NCBI RefSeq assembly: GCF_001194135.2
Contig: NC_068991.1
Span: 2,940,156-2,979,551, forward strand
Length of the DNA: 39,396 nt
From: Octopus bimaculoides
Lineage: Eukaryota
Direction of reading: 5' to 3'
The position numbers and the translations under genes were made by a program. Shown here one piece after another: positions 34,510 to 39,396 of the stretch. The number at the start of each line of letters is the position of its first letter. The stretch's first letter is position 1. The notes under the pieces were generated by a model that saw only the letters and a program-made list of their open reading frames with translations, ran no database searches and was not told the origin of the DNA.

Positions 34510-34623
34510 GTGAGTATTTGCCATTATTTTCTCATTTCATTTACCATTTCTCTTCCAATGATCATCTTCTGCATCGATTTTCTTTTCTTCCTCCTCTGTT
34601 TATATTTTATTTATTTTAATTTT

Positions 34624-34899
<276 letters not shown>

Positions 34900-34900
<1 letters not shown>

Positions 34901-35069
34901 TGTGCTGTGGGCAGCAAATGATGGTACCAGAGTGGTTGGAAGACCACAGAAGACGTATATACAACAGCTTGAAGAAGATGTTGCAGAAGATGTGGGATTC
35001 CAAGATGAAGACCTAAAAACTCTAATGGAAGATCAGGAGGGATGGAGAGAGGTAGTCAGGCTGACCTGA
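34900..35069 (+). mobile_element. C-terminal fragment of a second RTE-like LINE
   Basis: VLWAANDGTRVVGRPQKTYIQQLEED...LMEDQEGWREVV resembles the RTE C-terminal pattern LW.P..G.R..GRP..TY...L..D...M.DR..WR. Confidence 0.65.
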
Positions 35070-35339
35070 GCAATCAGCCTAACTGGGTGATGCTTTGATT
35101 AAGAAAAAAAAAAAAAAGGGGGAGGGCTTTTATTTAGAAAGAAGTTAAGAGTTAATGGCTGTGACTTTTCTGTCAAACTCTTGCCCTTACCTCAGACAGG
35201 TGGCGTTTATGTGGTTGAAGAAAACTAAAACCTTGTTGTGGTAAAGGAAAGCTAAATGAGATTTTAAAGTTGGTTAATAAAGTTCTGAAGGCCCTGTTGT
35301 TTGTTCTCTCTGACTTTGTGATTTTGTCTGCCATTACAG

Positions 35340-35406
35340 TGACGATACCACCTTAAACAGTAAGGAAGATAAACTCCAAGCACTGATAGCTGCTCAAAAA
35401 TCAAAG
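35340..35406 (+). CDS. PLCB4: PLC-beta distal CTD exon (N)DDTTLNSKEDKLQALIAAQKSK
   Basis: ttacAG|T GAC...AAG|GTAAGA; phase 2 to 0 bridges the flanking exons; resembles PLCB4 KIQTLTSDHKSK. Confidence 0.85.
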
Positions 35407-36050
35407 GTAAGACAAGCTTTGAGGAAATTATTCTTCCTCGTAATATTTGTGAATGTAATTGTGTGTGAATGAGAGAGAGGGAGAGAGAGAGAAATGGTCT
35501 CTAGATTACATCTGATGTGATGAACTTCCAAGATTAACAAACACTTCTTCTTCCTGTTTGTCTGTTAAACCAAGGCTTGACTATATATGAAATGATATTC
35601 CTAAATAATTAAATATGTATATTTATTGTTGCTATTATGTTAAACTGTCATATGTCCAAATTCACATAAATACTTTTTTTTTCAATATCAATTTTTGCTT
35701 GCAATAACCAGTTCTTTTGGTCAAACTATCATAACTCCTACTGCTTCAGATGCCAAGATATCAAAAATTGTCAAAGTGTAGTACAACGGTTTTGCTATGG
35801 AATGTTGAAACTATTTTTTCGTTTTCTGAAAAAGGAACGTTTTGGACTTTTACATAATAGCAGCGATATAAACATATATGTAAAAGTAATCATGCTGGTG
35901 CCATGTTAAAAATACTCCAGCTGACCCATAGGAAAGTGGACATTAAAACAATGATGTTAATGATGATGACGTATATTACACAAAATTACAAAACCCACAC
36001 ACACACACAAATACTTGTTAATTAGGCTGTATTTGTTGACGTTTGTGCAG

Positions 36051-36226
36051 GTAAACCTTCTGGTGTCTGAACACACCAAAGAATGGTCAGACATGAATGC
36101 CAGACAATTGAAGGAGGAACACGAGCTGAACAAGGCCCACATTTTACAGCAGAACACCACAAATAATCGGCTTGTGGAGGAAGTACAACAGACCCAGTTG
36201 AAGGAATTGGAACTGAAACAAGACAG
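36051..36226 (+). CDS. PLCB4: PLC-beta distal CTD exon VNLLVSEHTKEWSDM...ELKQD(R)
   Basis: gcAG|GTA...AG|GTAAGA; HTKEWS motif as in PLCB4. Confidence 0.94.
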
Positions 36227-36424
36227 GTAAGAATACACCTGTACAGGTGTACAGAATGATATAAAGAGAGTAATATTGTCATTGTTTAACCATAGGTCAC
36301 TTTTGATCAAGCTGTTCTATGGGTCAAAGACTTTAAAACCGTGACTATCTCATCTTATTTTTCATACATAGTATATCTGGGACTACATTATCCAGTGTGT
36401 TCTTTCATGTTTTAAAAATATTAG

Positions 36425-36560
36425 GTGATTTTAAGCGAGTGGGGGCTGGAGCTGTTTCTAGCTAGTTGAGTGTGATTTAAAGGAGAGACTGGTGCTATTT
36501 CTAGCTGGTCAGGTGTGATTTAAGGGCAAGATGGGTGCTATTTCTAGCAGATAAGGTGAT
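36425..36560. repeat. Diverged 41-47 bp tandem triplication
   Basis: GTGATTT...GCT(A/G)TTTCTAGC unit repeated three times; a related single fragment lies near 24905-24950. Confidence 0.7.
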
Positions 36561-37053
36561 CATACAGAGATTTATTCATTGGCTCACAGTGAGTAGTGTT
36601 GGGTAGAGAGTCGTTGTGTTTAACCCGGGGTCAAACTTGATCCCCCCCCCCTCCAAGCCATGAGCAAAGGTGTTGCATGTGTGAACATTCTTTTAAAAGG
36701 ACTTCAAGATGGTGCAATAAATATTGTTAATGTCACCGGAATATATCAGGTGAGGAGATGGAGAGAGAAAGAGAGGGGGATGTGGGTGTTTTTTTTTTGG
36801 GTGGGGGGGTCCTGTGTGTACCTGTATGTATGTGAGGATGGCCAACAGTAATAAAGACAAGCGAAAGTTCCTCATGGCAGGAATCTGTAAAGTATATGAA
36901 CTTTCAGTTGTGTCACATCAAAAATACAGAATAGGTTCGTTTTGATCTGATTAGAATTCCTCAATAACGATGCATATTTTACTGAATTCAGGTAAAATAA
37001 TAATATTGTCCTAACTTCACCAAAAAAAAAAACCCTCTTCTTTCCAATTCCAG

Positions 37054-37155
37054 AGACAACAAAGAACTGAGGACGATCCAAGCCAAACAATCGATGGAGT
37101 CTAGCAAAGCTGTACTGAATGACAAGTCAATCAAGAACAAAGCTGAAAGAGACAG
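37054..37155 (+). CDS. PLCB4: PLC-beta distal CTD exon [33 protein letters not shown](R)
   Basis: ccAG|A GAC...AG|GTGAGT; [10 protein letters not shown] as in PLCB4. Confidence 0.96.
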
Positions 37156-37294
37156 GTGAGTAACTGTCAAAGGGGGAGGTAATGGCAGCAGGGGGCATCG
37201 GCAGTGGCAGTGGGGGTAGCAGCAGCAGCAGTGGCAGCAGCAGCAGTGGTGGTGGTAAAACTGTTTAGCTCCAGGCATTTTTCTCAGATTCAAT

Positions 37295-37450
37295 GAGGCA
37301 GAATCGTTAGCGTGCTGAGCAAAACACTTAGCAGTAATATTTCGCCCATTGCTCCTTTCTGAGTTCAAATTCTGCCAAGGTTGATTTTGCCTTTTCTCCT
37401 TTGGGGTCAGTAAATTAAGTACCAGTTGCATACTGGGGTCGATCTAATCT
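37295..37450 (+). mobile_element. SINE family B copy
   Basis: GGCAGAATCGTTAGC...GAGTTCAAATTCTGCCAAGG...AAGTACCAGTTGCATACTGGGGTCGATC. Confidence 0.8.
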
Positions 37451-37507
37451 TTTAAGTTTAAAAGTTTAAATGTCGTTAAACTGCCAATAAATAATCTCAG
37501 CTGCTTA

Positions 37508-37905
37508 GGCAGGAGACGCTGTGTGATAAGTAGCTTGCTTACCAACCACATGGTTCTGGGTTCAGTCCCACTGCGTGGCACCTTGGGCAAGTGTCTTCTA
37601 CTATAGACTCAGGCTGACCAAAGCCTTCTGAGTGGATTTGGTAGATCGAAACTGAAAGAAGCCCATTATATATGTGTGTGTGTGTGTGTGTGTGTGAGTA
37701 TATGTGTGTGTGTGTTTGTCCCCTCCACCATCACTTGACAACCGATGTTGGTGTGCTTACGCCCCCCATAATTTAGTGGTTTGGCAAAAGAGCCCGATAA
37801 AATAAGAACTAGGCTTACAAGGAACAAGTCCTGGGGTCGATTTGTTCGACTAAAGGCGGTGCTCCAGTATGGCCGCAGTCAAATGACCAAAACGAATAAA
37901 AGAAT
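37508..37905 (+). mobile_element. Apparently full-length SINE family A (~400 bp, tRNA-like head, internal VNTR)
   Basis: B-box-like GGTTCAGTCCC, central (GT)n, 3' end GGCGGTGCTCCAGTATGGCCGCAGTC...AATAAAAG; ends about 50 nt upstream of an acceptor. Confidence 0.85.
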
Positions 37906-37958
37906 ATAATCTTTTTGTTGAGTTTAATCTGGTCTTGTTATGGTGTTTTATATTACAG

Positions 37959-38103
37959 GAGGATAAGAGAACTGAACGAGAACAATACAAAGAAATTTAT
38001 TGAAGAAAGGAAACGTTTAGCTGTAAAACATTCCAGGCAGGTAGAAGCCATTAAGAAAGTTCATAGCCAACAAGCAGAAGAGTTGCAAAAGGAGAATGAA
38101 AAA
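37959..38103 (+). CDS. PLCB4: PLC-beta distal CTD exon RIRELNENNTKKFIEERKRLA...KENEK
   Basis: tacAG|G AGG...AAA|GTAAGA; matches PLCB4 [21 protein letters not shown]. Confidence 0.96.
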
Positions 38104-38561
38104 GTAAGATCCCCCTTCTGTAATATTACAGATATCTTCTCTATACAAATATTAACCATGTCAATGATAGGGGTAAAATATGAGTTTTAAATTAATCAAA
38201 TAATTATATATATTAATTATGTAATTGACGCTGAAAGAGTTAGAAGGGCCAGACAATGCAAAATGGGCCATTATTGTTGGTACTGTTGGTCTTTTATGGG
38301 TCTAATATTTCGGGATCAACAATAATGGTCTGTTTTGCATTGTTTAGCCTTCTAAACTCTTTCAGCGTCACATATCATATACAATGCTTCAAGCAAACCA
38401 CAACATTTTATTAATTATGTAATTATTATAAATAATGAAATGTTATGCCATTGAAACAGCTGTTGAGCACAGTTACATTATGTTTTATGGGTGAAATTTA
38501 TGCTTTTCTGCTTATTACTCGAAATGTGCTACACTCAATGATCATTTTAGCTGATTCTGTG

Positions 38562-38592
<31 letters not shown>

Positions 38593-39250
38593 GTATATAT
38601 ATATATANNNNNNNNNNNNNNNNNNNNNNNNNNNNNNNNNNNNNNNNNNNNNNNNNNNNNNNNNNNNNNNNNNNNNNNNNNNNNNNNNNNNNNNNNNNNN
38701 NNNNNNNATATATATATTTATATATATAGATACATGCATATATATATATAGATACATGCATATATATATATATAGATACATACATATATGTATATATGCA
38801 TGCACGCAAACACGCACGCACACACACACACACACACATACACAGATGTACATGCGTACATATATGCATATTAAAACAGCAAACAACACCTTCCCCTACA
38901 CACACACATACAGACCAAAAGTCATGATTCGAGATAGGTTTATATTGCTGTGGTAATGCCACCATCTTGTAAAGAGGGTGTGGAGGTGAGGTGCTCTTCA
39001 TACAGGAGGATAATACACAATAATGATAATAATAATGATAATGATAATTATAATAATAATAATAATAATAATAATAGTAATTTTGTAAGGTGGTGCTACA
39101 TAAATAAATACATATATATATCTACTTATATATACACTTAATATATGTATATTATATATACATATATGTTTATATATTGTATGTATATATATTTACATAT
39201 ATACATTATATGCATATATATTTACACACATACACATATATATACATATT

Positions 39251-39305
<55 letters not shown>

Positions 39306-39396
39306 ATATATGTATAGGAAGATAAATGTGTAGTAGATAATAAGGAAACATTCCCCCATTAGGGGTCATTTTAATGATTTAACAAAAGGAAACCAA

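Noticed and set aside
37508-37590. tRNA-like sequences here and at 11608, 13245, 24190, 25481 and 34624 as tRNA genes
   Set aside because: They carry A/B boxes but continue into shared SINE bodies and do not form complete cloverleafs.
39006-39023. Possible terminal exon catacAG|GAG GAT AAT ACA CAA TAA (EDNTQ*)
   Set aside because: Poor pyrimidine tract, runs into an (AAT)n repeat, and shows no similarity to PLCB4 C-termini; the last exon is probably outside the window.

Overview
Eukaryotic, AT-rich draft genomic DNA, dense in microsatellites and SINEs, with 8 N-gaps. The repeat landscape suggests an octopus/coleoid cephalopod (inference). The window lies inside one large + strand gene, a phospholipase C-beta of the PLCB4/norpA type. 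Hand-splicing gives 14 exons per isoform from 19017 to 38103 (1860 nt, 620 codons, all intron phases compatible). These cover the end of the X-Y linker, the Y catalytic box, the C2 domain, the proximal CTD and the distal coiled-coil CTD. The X box and the terminal exon were not found in the window. Main discovery: the Y-box exon carrying the SSFNE motif occurs as two tandem 85-nt copies (A 20385-20469, B 23627-23711). Each copy has an ordinary U2-type acceptor but a minor-spliceosome U12-type donor (GTATCCTT), and both share one downstream U12 branch point (TTCCTTAAC, 27422-27430). The intron between A and B is therefore a U12/U2 hybrid, which predicts mutually exclusive splicing enforced by spliceosome incompatibility plus frameshift. 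The rest is intronic: RTE- and CR1-type LINE remnants, several tRNA-derived SINE families, MITEs, and several fold-back structures near the alternative exons. All alignments and counts were done by eye.
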